Origin: a virus | Reading direction: 5' to 3' (one strand) | DNA: 64,000 nucleotides | Virus record (IMG/VR): IMGVR_UViG_3300002131_000090 | Location: 64,001-128,000 of that record | Part shown: positions 1 to 9,240 of the stretch, one piece after another | Layout: the number at the start of each line of letters is the position of its first letter | Position numbering within the stretch: position 1 is the stretch's first letter | Made by a program: the position numbers and the translations under genes | The notes under the pieces: model-generated | The model's database searches: none | Told to the model about the DNA's origin: nothing | What the model saw: the letters and a program-made list of their open reading frames with translations, nothing else

Positions 1-1
1 T

Positions 2-352
2 TGAATTTGATCCACCAAGAATCCATTTTATATTAGGATGAGTATTTCTAAAAACATCTCTTAAATGCTGTACCCACTTCGGATATACAATGCCGCCGAC
101 TGTTACACTATTTAACTCAATTCCGGTTACTTCCCAAAAGGTAGTACTTACTCCAAAAGCAAGAGTGGTGTTATCGATATGTTTTTTAGCAATCTCTTCT
201 ATTATATGAGGTTGTAGTTTAAAACAAAAGTCTATTACTTTTACAGTGTACCCAAACGTTCTTAGCCAAGAAGCAAGTTGATATTGGCCACCACTACGCA
301 CAGCGTAATGCTCCGGTTCTTCCATTCCGGCAAAAATAATAAAATTTGTCAT
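2..352 (-). CDS. Partial (N-terminus only): cobalamin-binding domain protein, probable B12-dependent radical SAM enzyme
   Basis: Not in the ORF track. ATG at 352-350 overlaps the TAA of the upstream gene (TAATG). Manual translation gives MTNFIIFAGMEEPEHYAVRSGGQYQLASWLRTFGYTVKVIDF...LAFGVSTTF...PNIKWILGGSN, open to the window edge. The G-x-Y-x-LAS-x-LR-xx-GY-x-V-x-VID, GVS and ILGG pattern is typical of the B12-binding Rossmann domain of cobalamin-dependent radical SAM proteins. The CxxxCxxC would lie outside the window. Confidence 0.75.
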   Translation of the reverse strand, partial: MTNFIIFAGMEEPEHYAVRSGGQYQLASWLRTFGYTVKVIDFCFKLQPHIIEEIAKKHIDNTTLAFGVSTTFWEVTGIELNSVTVGGIVYPKWVQHLRDVFRNTHPNIKWILGGSNS

Positions 353-1464
353 TAAACTTTCCTTTTAGGTATTTTACTGTCTGCACTACTTACACAGCTA
401 TCAGTTATACAAGGCATTGGTTTGTTAAATAGCGTAAAGCCTGTTTCGATATTACCAAGTGGAACATCGTGACAACTATAACTACGCTTTACGCTGCCGT
501 CGGGTTCGCGTATGATAATACCTTGATACCCAGCATTACAATGCCATCCTTTAAACTTGTTAAAGTTAAAAGCGTTAAATCGTTCTGCTTGATCCATATA
601 GTATTTATTACCGTTAGAATCCGCCATTTCAATTTGCATATGCCACGGCACACTAGAATCGTTCTTTTCGTTAATTTCTGTAGGTACTTGAAAATTAGGT
701 GTAGGACGCTCCGCCCACTTACGCTTGCTTTCTGTGTACGCACGTTGCGGCATACCGTTGTGTAAACGCTTTAGGTTGTCGTCGGTGTAGCCATCTACCA
801 CTCGACTAGCTGTAGGGTCGCTTTGAGGCTTCAGCGTGACGTTTATACCTTGCTCGTGAAAGAACAATGCATTGTCCCAATCCTTCTCAAACCACTCTGG
901 TACCATAACCATGTTGATAGTTACTTGTACATCATGCTCTTGACAGAAAATTAACTTGTCTGCAAAATCCTGCATCTTCTCTGGTGTGCTAAGATGTTCA
1001 GTGTGCAAACTTGCTGTAATACTTGCACGGTGAAATGGCGTTACTGCTTCTACGTACTGCTCAAACCACGCCATATTGCGTGAGCAGTTTGATGTCATAT
1101 GAACACTAGTGTAATTAGTATTACCAACATCATTAGCAAGATGTTTGAGAATGTCCAAGTAACCAGGGTGAAAAGTAGGCTCGCCTCCACTAAGACTAAA
1201 ATGAAAGCTATTAAAACCGTTGTCACGTGCCTGCCTTTTTATTTCGTCAATTGTTGTAAGACATAGCTCTGTTGGTCTATGGTCTTTTCGATCAGATCTA
1301 GCGTACGGCCAACAGTAACTACATTTATAGTTACAGAAACGGCCCAATAGCCAACTAACAGTAAAAAGATCGCGGTAAAGAAGAGTCCTTTGCCCGACAC
1401 TAACAATGTCGTCAAACGGGATTTTTGTAAAATCATAATTACTCCATTTTAAATCTTCAGTCAT
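352..1464 (-). CDS. Radical SAM protein with C-terminal Twitch/SPASM-like Cys region
   Basis: CNYKCSYC (CxxxCxxC), SGGEPT, MTSN; C-terminal CNAG...SYSCH...PCITDSC. Confidence 0.92.
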   Translation of the reverse strand: MTEDLKWSNYDFTKIPFDDIVSVGQRTLLYRDLFTVSWLLGRFCNYKCSYCWPYARSDRKDHRPTELCLTTIDEIKRQARDNGFNSFHFSLSGGEPTFHPGYLDILKHLANDVGNTNYTSVHMTSNCSRNMAWFEQYVEAVTPFHRASITASLHTEHLSTPEKMQDFADKLIFCQEHDVQVTINMVMVPEWFEKDWDNALFFHEQGINVTLKPQSDPTASRVVDGYTDDNLKRLHNGMPQRAYTESKRKWAERPTPNFQVPTEINEKNDSSVPWHMQIEMADSNGNKYYMDQAERFNAFNFNKFKGWHCNAGYQGIIIREPDGSVKRSYSCHDVPLGNIETGFTLFNKPMPCITDSCVSSADSKIPKRKV

Positions 1465-1469
1465 AGTTT

Positions 1470-1498
1470 ATTATATTACATTCGAGCTGTTATGTCAA
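1470..1498 (-). promoter_or_regulatory. Perfect sigma70-type promoter; probable leaderless transcript
   Basis: Minus strand reads TTGACA (1498-1493), 17-nt spacer, TATAAT (1475-1470), then AAACT-ATG (1464). Confidence 0.85.
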
Positions 1499-1508
1499 GT
1501 TTATTTAA

Positions 1509-1514
1509 TAAATA
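1509..1514 (+). promoter_or_regulatory. TAAATA late-type promoter motif upstream of the only plus-strand gene
   Basis: ATAAATA about 21 nt upstream of ATG 1536; the same motif precedes structural genes. Short and AT-rich, so tentative. Confidence 0.45.
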
Positions 1515-1535
1515 ACTTTAGAACAGGGGTTCCGT

Positions 1536-2516
1536 ATGGATATTGATGAAATAATTGAACTATGTATATTGTATCAAAAAACAAATCATGGTGGAAGGAC
1601 AAGTAGTTATGACAAATGCAGAAGAGATCTAAAACATATTTTAGAAGCTGTTCAAAAAGACATACAGCACAACTCGACTGATTTTATTACAGGAATTGCA
1701 AATTATTTTTGGCAAAATCAAAAACGTATGGTGTTGCGTTATAAAGTCGAACTTGACATTTACCGTTACATGTTAACGTTGCTAAAATCAAAATTTACGG
1801 CAGCAGATTTTAAAAAAGCAGATGCTAGTATTGGTGTACTTTGCGAAATCGTAGAGCACGGCCCGAGGTTAAAATCAAAACAGCTACATACAAGACTCCA
1901 AGATGCTGCAAATCATGCTAATATTTGTCAACGAAACTGGGACTATTCAATAGAAATTCCAGAGAACGACATTAGTGCATTAGTTAATGTTGCTAAACAT
2001 ATGCCAACAAAACAAAACTTAGAATGTTATCAGTTAGTTGTTTCTAACAATAGAGAGTTTAATAAATATTTTTATGAACTATCGTACGACGGAATTAATG
2101 ATAATAATAAATGGCGTAATGGCCAAGTTAATGCACCGTTACTTTTTTTGTGGGTTTGGCCTAATGGAACATGGGAAAGAACTCATGAGATACAAAAAGA
2201 TTTTAATACTGCATGTGGCATTTCATCAGGTGCAGTAGCATTGTCTGCTAACATGTTAGGATATCGTACTGGATTTTGTAGATGTTTTCAAGGCGAAACT
2301 ATAACTAAAGAAATGAATAAATTACTCAATATTAATTCAGACGGAGTATTTCTTGCACTTGGAATCGGATATCCTAATACGAAATACCAAAGTAACGAAG
2401 TTGTTTACTACGAAGGAATATCTTATCTAGGTAGACCTAAACAAGTTAAAAAAGATAAAGGTATTGTAACAACTATTGCACGAGAAGTTAAAGATATAAA
2501 AGTATACAGAGTCTAA
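1536..2516 (+). CDS. Nitroreductase-fold flavoprotein with an additional N-terminal domain
   Basis: C-terminal half matches the nitroreductase pattern: QRNWDYSIEIPENDISALVNVAKHMPTKQN...ACGISSGAVALSANMLGYRTGFCRCF...LALGIGYP. Confidence 0.75.
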   Translation: MDIDEIIELCILYQKTNHGGRTSSYDKCRRDLKHILEAVQKDIQHNSTDFITGIANYFWQNQKRMVLRYKVELDIYRYMLTLLKSKFTAADFKKADASIGVLCEIVEHGPRLKSKQLHTRLQDAANHANICQRNWDYSIEIPENDISALVNVAKHMPTKQNLECYQLVVSNNREFNKYFYELSYDGINDNNKWRNGQVNAPLLFLWVWPNGTWERTHEIQKDFNTACGISSGAVALSANMLGYRTGFCRCFQGETITKEMNKLLNINSDGVFLALGIGYPNTKYQSNEVVYYEGISYLGRPKQVKKDKGIVTTIAREVKDIKVYRV

Positions 2517-3667
2517 ATTTTAAATTCTTCTACAATATCAAACAGACTTTCATCTCTACTTTTATCTAATGCATCAGTATAATCTAAAAATTTATTGTAT
2601 TTGTTACTCCAGTCTTCTGAAAACATATAATCAATAATGCCTTGTACTCTATCTAAATATACATAGGGCTGCAAACGTTGTTGTGCAAGTGTTTTTAAGT
2701 GTTCGGGCAAAACTTTAATATTAAGCTCGTCGGGATGATTTAAAATATTAAAATAAATTTTGTGTCCATATGGTATAGCCCAATCAATAAATTTATAAAG
2801 ATGCAATATATTATACATCTGTACTGTACAGTGTATTTCAATATTAGCATTTTCTAAAGTTCTAATTGTTTCAAAGTTTTCAACAATCTTGTTCCAGTTG
2901 CTAGGGTGTCTTATATATCTATCTAATGCACCAGTTGCGTCAATTGAACAGTTCAACTGGATTTGTTTAAACTTCTTCCATTTTTCTAAAAGATGTTTTG
3001 GAACATTTGTTAAGTTGGTGTTGTATTTTAGTTTGATATTACGAGCAGTTCCGTTTTCAATAAAGTAGTCTAACAGTCTATGCTGTTCTTTAATGATAGT
3101 AGGTTCGCCGCCTGTTAAATATATTTCTTCAACAGTGTTTGCAATACTAAACAAATTCTCCCAAGTTTTTTCAAGCTCGGGCCAATCCATACTACTTAAT
3201 CTTTTGTACTCACTTTCACTTAGCGCATCGTTAATTAAGTTCCATTCTTTAACCCACATGTTACTTGCATATGGATTACACATGCGACATTTTAGATTAC
3301 ACAAGTTTCCTAAGCGTAAGTCAACATATTTTATATCAAACGTTGCATCTGTTGTATACGTTTTATCTTCTTCCCACTTGTTGTTCCATGCTTGTCTTGC
3401 ACTTTTAATACCAACATCTTCTTCTTGAAAGCAGCGTTGACACATTTCAGGACGTTCGTTTGAAAGCATCTGTTTACGAATAGTAGTATAAACTTCACTG
3501 TTCCATGCATCTTCTAAATTATCTTTGTATAACTTATATGGAACGCCGGCGGTGTTGGTTATAAAGTTTTTTCCTGGAGTCGAGTTGCAACATACTCTTA
3601 AATTGCCACTAGCATTAGTTGCAAGATGCATCCAAGGTAAGACACAGAATGTTTTAGAAGTTGACAT
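2513..3667 (-). CDS. Radical SAM protein with N-terminal Twitch-like domain
   Basis: FCVLPW...RVCC...CQRC, then LGNLCNLKCRMCNPYASN, TGGEPT, YNTNLT, SIDA. Start moved from 3691 to ATG 3667 (MSTSKTFC), which fits paralog N-termini. Confidence 0.92.
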   Translation of the reverse strand: MSTSKTFCVLPWMHLATNASGNLRVCCNSTPGKNFITNTAGVPYKLYKDNLEDAWNSEVYTTIRKQMLSNERPEMCQRCFQEEDVGIKSARQAWNNKWEEDKTYTTDATFDIKYVDLRLGNLCNLKCRMCNPYASNMWVKEWNLINDALSESEYKRLSSMDWPELEKTWENLFSIANTVEEIYLTGGEPTIIKEQHRLLDYFIENGTARNIKLKYNTNLTNVPKHLLEKWKKFKQIQLNCSIDATGALDRYIRHPSNWNKIVENFETIRTLENANIEIHCTVQMYNILHLYKFIDWAIPYGHKIYFNILNHPDELNIKVLPEHLKTLAQQRLQPYVYLDRVQGIIDYMFSEDWSNKYNKFLDYTDALDKSRDESLFDIVEEFKI

Positions 3668-4727
3668 ATTGTTGTTTCCTAAGTGTATCACGCAACTGCG
3701 TTTGTTTTTTAAATGTAGCGTTTAGTTTATCGTCGTATTTATTTTCAAGTTCTAAAATGTCTTTTAGATATTCATTTAAGTTTGGATATTTATTATACTT
3801 ATTTTTTATTTTATCTCTATATTCGAGACGGTGTACCCACGGATGTAAATGAGTCGGTTCTTCGACAAATATTAGACTTATTTCCATTCCGCGATTTAGA
3901 AAATATTCTAGCGTTTCAGGAATATAAAACACATTATATGCACTTACAGTTACAAAAATCTTTAATTCAATGTCGCGTTCTAATATTAATTTGTTAAATC
4001 TATTCTCAAAGTTTTTCCATTTACCAGGCCAACGAATATATTCGTACAAGTCGCCTATTGCATCACAACTGATATATAATGTTTTCTTTTTAAATCTGTT
4101 AAGCACTTCTAACTTATCATCACTTATTAATAATGCATTAGTTATAAAAGAAATCTCTATATTTTCTGGGTTATGTAGTGATTTTAAAAATTTCATTATA
4201 TTAGGATTGGCAAACGGTTCTCCACCGGTAAATTTTAGATATTTTAAATTTTCTAATTTGCTAATTTTATCAAATGCAATGGTGACCCAGTCTTCATTGT
4301 AATGTTGGTTAGCAGTCCATAGGTCAGTGTCAGTCCATTCTAGTGCATTTTTTAAAACTTCTTGTTTTAATACAGAACTACTATGCGGTTCGCACATTCT
4401 GCAACCGAGATTACACAAATTACCTAATTTTAAATCAATACTTACAAGCTCGTACGGTTGTTTGTACATTTTTAAAGATTGTTCTCTAAGACTTTCAATA
4501 CCAACGGCTTCTTTTTTCCAGCATATATTACACTCTTTTGGTTTTTTATTATCCAGTAGTTGTGATTTTATATATGTTATTTTATCTGCCTTGGTTTGCC
4601 AACTATCTTGCCAGGAGACTGTTTTTTCATTTTGTTCCCACTTGAATTCGCAACACGGACGATAGTATCCATCCGTTGTACTTGCTGCTTGAGTCCAAGG
4701 TAGAGGACAAAAGGTTTTAGATTCCAT
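3654..4727 (-). CDS. Radical SAM protein with N-terminal Twitch-like domain
   Basis: FCPLPW...RPCC...CNIC; LGNLCNLGCRMCEPHSSS; TGGEPF; YIRWPGKW. Confidence 0.92.
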   Translation of the reverse strand: MESKTFCPLPWTQAASTTDGYYRPCCEFKWEQNEKTVSWQDSWQTKADKITYIKSQLLDNKKPKECNICWKKEAVGIESLREQSLKMYKQPYELVSIDLKLGNLCNLGCRMCEPHSSSVLKQEVLKNALEWTDTDLWTANQHYNEDWVTIAFDKISKLENLKYLKFTGGEPFANPNIMKFLKSLHNPENIEISFITNALLISDDKLEVLNRFKKKTLYISCDAIGDLYEYIRWPGKWKNFENRFNKLILERDIELKIFVTVSAYNVFYIPETLEYFLNRGMEISLIFVEEPTHLHPWVHRLEYRDKIKNKYNKYPNLNEYLKDILELENKYDDKLNATFKKQTQLRDTLRKQQYVNF

Positions 4728-5163
4728 TTACAATTGTTTCGTAATAGTGCTGTGGCCAACTTTTATAATAATCAGTTGTGTGAAGATACTTGCGTTTTTC
4801 TAATATGTCACTTTTAGATTGTATAAAAATACAATTAGTAAAGTTCTGGGTAAAGAATCCAGAATCAGGAGAACTTATAAAATATAAAAGATTAGTATCT
4901 TTTTTATTATACTCTTCTATTATTTCTTTACAATTTGCAATATTGATATTTTCTCCTAACCAACAAATTCCAATATCGTATCTATTGCTATCAAACATAT
5001 TTAAATTGTCGTTGACTAATACGCTAGCATTAATAAACTGTATTTTATCAGTTAGTCTGGCACGTTTGGCATAAGGACACACAGGAAATCCATCATTCCT
5101 TACAGGTTCAATTTCTTCTTGTATCCACAATACAAACTTTATTTTAAATTCTTCAAATGTCAT
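4717..5163 (-). CDS. Hypothetical protein (CPYA motif, weakly DUF1415-like N-terminus)
   Basis: 148-aa ORF coupled to both neighbours; WIQEEIE...PVCPYAKRAR. Confidence 0.55.
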   Translation of the reverse strand: MTFEEFKIKFVLWIQEEIEPVRNDGFPVCPYAKRARLTDKIQFINASVLVNDNLNMFDSNRYDIGICWLGENINIANCKEIIEEYNKKDTNLLYFISSPDSGFFTQNFTNCIFIQSKSDILEKRKYLHTTDYYKSWPQHYYETIVNGI

Positions 5164-5930
5164 TTATGCTCTTTATAAAATTGTATATTAATTGCGTTCT
5201 TCATCCAAGTATAATTATCGCCGGTAAGATTGCAACTAGCATGTATTTGGCAAGAATCAAATACAATTAAGGATCTAATTTTTTGCTCAATAATAATTTC
5301 TTCACTAAATCCTTTAAAGTTGTTTTTAGTTATTTGTGGGTACTTAGTTTCAGTCCACTGATTAAGATCTAGGTTGTCGTCTGTTGGAGTTCCGTTTATG
5401 TCAATCAATCCGTTGTAAGATCTTAGAATTTCGTACATCGAACTTTCGTCTCCGGACAAATAATCTTTATCAAATATTACACTGTAACCAATTCGTCTTT
5501 GATTCATAAACGCAGTACATGCCTGAGAACCTTTTGTTAGAAATAAAGGAATAATAACACTTTTATAAGGTATTAAATTTTCTGTCCATTCATTATTAAC
5601 TTCTTCATCTTGTGAAATTAAATCAACATGAGCGTCATGTAGTTGACTTGTTATAAAATAGTTTCCAGTATGCTGTTCGGCAAAATCGCCTAATAGCTCT
5701 CTGAACCTTACAGATATCTCGGGCAAATCTTTCATCATTTTAGTTATAGATACCACAGGTTGAATATTAGACGAGCTTGGTTGCATCTTTACTCTTTTAG
5801 CGTTCTGAAATTGATACAATCTTAAAGTATCAATTTCTTCAATTGTAAAAAAGTTATCAATTGATTGTGCTTTTGAAAAACGATTAACTATATCATTGTT
5901 ATAGTGTTTGCAGCAATCTATATATTTCAT
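5160..5930 (-). CDS. Putative 2OG-Fe(II) oxygenase-fold protein
   Basis: AHVD (HxD), then SVIIPL strand and IVFDSCQIHAS (distal His); C-terminal KNAINIQF. Confidence 0.55.
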   Translation of the reverse strand: MKYIDCCKHYNNDIVNRFSKAQSIDNFFTIEEIDTLRLYQFQNAKRVKMQPSSSNIQPVVSITKMMKDLPEISVRFRELLGDFAEQHTGNYFITSQLHDAHVDLISQDEEVNNEWTENLIPYKSVIIPLFLTKGSQACTAFMNQRRIGYSVIFDKDYLSGDESSMYEILRSYNGLIDINGTPTDDNLDLNQWTETKYPQITKNNFKGFSEEIIIEQKIRSLIVFDSCQIHASCNLTGDNYTWMKNAINIQFYKEHK

Positions 5931-6856
5931 CCTAGCTTTTCTTTCATTTTTTGATAAAACACGCCGTTTCTTGAATCTAATAACGGAGTTCTAATATTAA
6001 TTCTATTTGTAGTTTTATCTCTATGGAACTCGTTCCATTCAAAGTCTCCTTGTGCAACATGTATAGTATGAGATGGGGTCAATCCAAAGTAATCACATAC
6101 TGTTGCTTGATGTTCTTTATATATGTTTGCACAATTATCTGGTGAAAATTCTTTCATTAATAGCAATCCTGCAAATATGTTAGTATGTATTCCGTGTCGC
6201 CATTCGTACTGTAGTGCTAACGGACCATGATTCCACTTACTAAAACATATTCCAGATCTCCATTGCCCAGTTTGCAATCCTTTTGTTGTACTAAATGTAA
6301 CTACCTTGATACAATCATGATCTAAAGACCAACTAAGATCGTAACATGTTCCAAACCATGCACAGTCAATTAAAACTGGAATATTTAACTTATTACAAGT
6401 TTCCATAATTTCTTCATATAGTGGATGTACTTCGCCTGTACCACTAAATGGTATACTAAGAATAACTGCATCGCCGAATTCTAACGGTCTGTCGTCAATA
6501 AAGTCATCCCAATTCCATGCATATGCATCTCTATTGTAAGGGTATTCACCTCTTAACATTCTCGGTGTCCAGTTATTTCTTGCACATTCGTAATGGAACC
6601 AATCTAAAGTTTGTGTTGCTCCTAGACTTACATATCGATGCGGAAAAGTTTCTAATCCAGTAATCTTAACAGTTTCTGAAGATTCTATCCATTTAGGATA
6701 AAATTCTAAAAATTCATCTTGTACATCGTAGTCGCCATTAAACCATCCGTTTTCCTTTATGTAGTTAGATAAAAATTTTGTACATTCGGAAACTTTAGCA
6801 GAGTTGCCAGTTTTTCCTAAATAGTCTCCATACAAGGATTCAAACTTTTTACTCAT
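5927..6856 (-). CDS. PLP-dependent enzyme, fold type I (aminotransferase-like)
   Basis: GATQTLD, SIPFSGTG, PVLIDCAW (PLP Asp), FSTTKGL...WRSG (Schiff-base Lys). Start moved to ATG 6856 (MSKKF). Confidence 0.8.
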   Translation of the reverse strand: MSKKFESLYGDYLGKTGNSAKVSECTKFLSNYIKENGWFNGDYDVQDEFLEFYPKWIESSETVKITGLETFPHRYVSLGATQTLDWFHYECARNNWTPRMLRGEYPYNRDAYAWNWDDFIDDRPLEFGDAVILSIPFSGTGEVHPLYEEIMETCNKLNIPVLIDCAWFGTCYDLSWSLDHDCIKVVTFSTTKGLQTGQWRSGICFSKWNHGPLALQYEWRHGIHTNIFAGLLLMKEFSPDNCANIYKEHQATVCDYFGLTPSHTIHVAQGDFEWNEFHRDKTTNRINIRTPLLDSRNGVFYQKMKEKLG

Positions 6857-8174
6857 TCCAATATTTCCTATAATTTGGCACAATTTTTAGAAAATCTGTT
6901 TTTCTAATCTTGTCTAATGCATTCATGTAATTCTTAAACATGTTAAATAAGTATGGCTGGTTCTCTGAATCGCCTTCTTTAATAGTTTTAAGTAAAGTTT
7001 TTCTAAACTTGTATATACCTGCAGAATATGTATATGTACTCCCATCATAGGGATAAGGCATTTCATCGTCGATATCTTTTATCATATCGTATGCAGTTTG
7101 TTTCATTTCTTTAGTTAACACTTCGAGACTCAGATATTTTGGTGTTACTACTGTATTTGAAAATGTTATAGTAGCAGTATCTTTGTATTGTTGGAACCAG
7201 TTCCATGTTTGTGCAATATTAAATATATTTGGTGCCATTGTTGTATAAGCTATACACAATTCTATGTTATCAAAAGAAATAAAGTACTGAATCATTTTGT
7301 CTAAGTGATCTTGGTCATAATGTAGGCCGCCTCGACATAGTTGATACAGTTCTCCTATACCTTCAATACTAAGATAGAGTACAATCTTTTTAAATTTTGT
7401 AAGAAGTTCAAAAAATTCAGGATTTATAATTGTTGCATTAGTTGAAATGTCTAAGGTAATACGATCATTCCATCCAAATTCAATTAGCTTTTCTAATATC
7501 TTAATATTTTTATCTTCGTAAAACGGTTCGCCGCCTCTAAATGCAACAAACTGGAGATTTTTAAAATAATCCTTGTTAGAAAATAAGTTTTCTATAACTG
7601 CATCATCAATACTATAATATCCATAAGGATTTTGTTCATTTCTAAAAACTTCGCTGTGTTTCTTTTTTAACTTTTTTTCATCAGGTATCCACGCAGTGCT
7701 TACGTCTCCGTTGCAATGAATACATTTTAAATTACATTTATTTGAAGTGTTAATATCTAAATATATAAAGTCTGGTTTATCAAAGTTTTCAACCTTTGGT
7801 CTACGAATAGGATTATTAAGATTAGGATCACCACGTGTATCAGGGTAGTAGTACTTTTCTTCTAATGTATCTTGTGGTATTCTTGTAGTAAAAAATGTTT
7901 CAAAAAACTTACGTCTACTATGTCCTGCAAACTGTTCTTTTTTAACACAGTTTGAACAACCAATATTATCAGAAAAGTTAATGTGATCTTTTCTTAGGTT
8001 AGACCAGACTTCTCCGTCCCACATTTCGGATAGTGAAGATGTATTAAGATTTCCGAAGTACGGATCTCTAAATATACCGTCTGGCGCTACATTACCAAAA
8101 CTATCGATGCTTAATGCCTTCCACGGTGCAATACATAATGGCTTTGGTATAAGACCTTTCCATTTACTATCCAA
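6849..8174 (-). CDS. Radical SAM protein with N-terminal Twitch-like domain (CC motif replaced by PDG)
   Basis: LCIAPW...VAPDG...CSNC; SNKCNLKCIHCNGDVST; RGGEPF; ISTNAT. Confidence 0.9.
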   Translation of the reverse strand: MDSKWKGLIPKPLCIAPWKALSIDSFGNVAPDGIFRDPYFGNLNTSSLSEMWDGEVWSNLRKDHINFSDNIGCSNCVKKEQFAGHSRRKFFETFFTTRIPQDTLEEKYYYPDTRGDPNLNNPIRRPKVENFDKPDFIYLDINTSNKCNLKCIHCNGDVSTAWIPDEKKLKKKHSEVFRNEQNPYGYYSIDDAVIENLFSNKDYFKNLQFVAFRGGEPFYEDKNIKILEKLIEFGWNDRITLDISTNATIINPEFFELLTKFKKIVLYLSIEGIGELYQLCRGGLHYDQDHLDKMIQYFISFDNIELCIAYTTMAPNIFNIAQTWNWFQQYKDTATITFSNTVVTPKYLSLEVLTKEMKQTAYDMIKDIDDEMPYPYDGSTYTYSAGIYKFRKTLLKTIKEGDSENQPYLFNMFKNYMNALDKIRKTDFLKIVPNYRKYWNE

Positions 8175-9240
8175 AGTAATCCTCCTTGGAACCTTCTCTA
8201 ACTAAGTCTTGGGTTACGCAATGTATACCACCGTCCCAGAAGTATTGATGTCTAAATTTCCAATAAATTGGTGTAATGCCGTGGTTTTCCATTCGACGAA
8301 ATGCGTCTTTATTAGTACCAGTACATATTACTGCTTCTTCTGATACACTTAAAACATTTACATCAAATACTGTTTCATCAACACAACCAATCCAATGTGA
8401 GAACCATTCTTCTATAAACCCTTTATAAAAACGTTGTTTACGTATTGATGTAAATTCTGTAGGAAGTTCTGTTTCGCTATCTACTTCAATAATATCCCAA
8501 TGTTTTAATTTTTCAGGGATCCATGATTTCTTCCATGTCATTAATACACCAGGTTTTAACAAGGCAATCTTACCATCGCAATGTCCGCCAACTTCAACTT
8601 GGTTAAATGTAAACTCTTCGCCTAATTCTCGTTTTAACCATTCCAAGCCTGCTGTAGTTCCTCTACCTTTTACTGTATCAACGTCACCCGGCAATGTATG
8701 AAACAAGTCCTTACCACATTTGATAATATTTGCAGCATGGAACAGTATTTGACTATTAGCTAGTGCTTCATAAGAAGTTTTTTTGTTTGGAACTTTTGCC
8801 ATTGGCATTGATAGCCAACGCATACCTCTATCATATAGTCCACGACTAATATCTTGATATGCTAAATTTTCAAACATTCTTCCCGAGTCGCCAGTGTAAT
8901 GCTCAACAATAGTTGATCCAAACACCCCTAGCACATCTCTGGGCATAAGTGGGTGATTAGGATATTCACATTGTAACCAAGGTAAGTCAATTGATTCAAT
9001 TTGAGAAAAGTTAAACAAATTGTTAGGTCTATGAACTTTAATACCCATTCCAGTTAACAATGTTACTAGGTTGTCAAGGTCTTCGGCAGTTTCTTCAAAT
9101 ACTCGTTTTAACAAATCACGGGCTTCTGGATCAGGGATGTTATCAAAGTTGTCAGGGCTAAATGCACTTCCGACAATAACTTCTTTTAAAGGCTGAAATT
9201 CTGTATATGTTGCAGGGCTATTCAATTTATTTCTCTCCAT
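8167..9240 (-). CDS. Amidinotransferase (glycine / inosamine-phosphate amidinotransferase family)
   Basis: EFQPLKEVIVG, MPRD, GHCDG, FDVNVL, GGIHCVTQD (catalytic Cys); pentein-fold motifs. Confidence 0.88.
   Translation of the reverse strand: MERNKLNSPATYTEFQPLKEVIVGSAFSPDNFDNIPDPEARDLLKRVFEETAEDLDNLVTLLTGMGIKVHRPNNLFNFSQIESIDLPWLQCEYPNHPLMPRDVLGVFGSTIVEHYTGDSGRMFENLAYQDISRGLYDRGMRWLSMPMAKVPNKKTSYEALANSQILFHAANIIKCGKDLFHTLPGDVDTVKGRGTTAGLEWLKRELGEEFTFNQVEVGGHCDGKIALLKPGVLMTWKKSWIPEKLKHWDIIEVDSETELPTEFTSIRKQRFYKGFIEEWFSHWIGCVDETVFDVNVLSVSEEAVICTGTNKDAFRRMENHGITPIYWKFRHQYFWDGGIHCVTQDLVREGSKEDYFG

Noticed and set aside
352-1464. Viperin-like call based on CNYKC
   Set aside because: The motif is generic; I do not see the viperin N(Y/F)H...CFH context, and a C-terminal Cys-rich region is present. 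Phylogeny would be needed.
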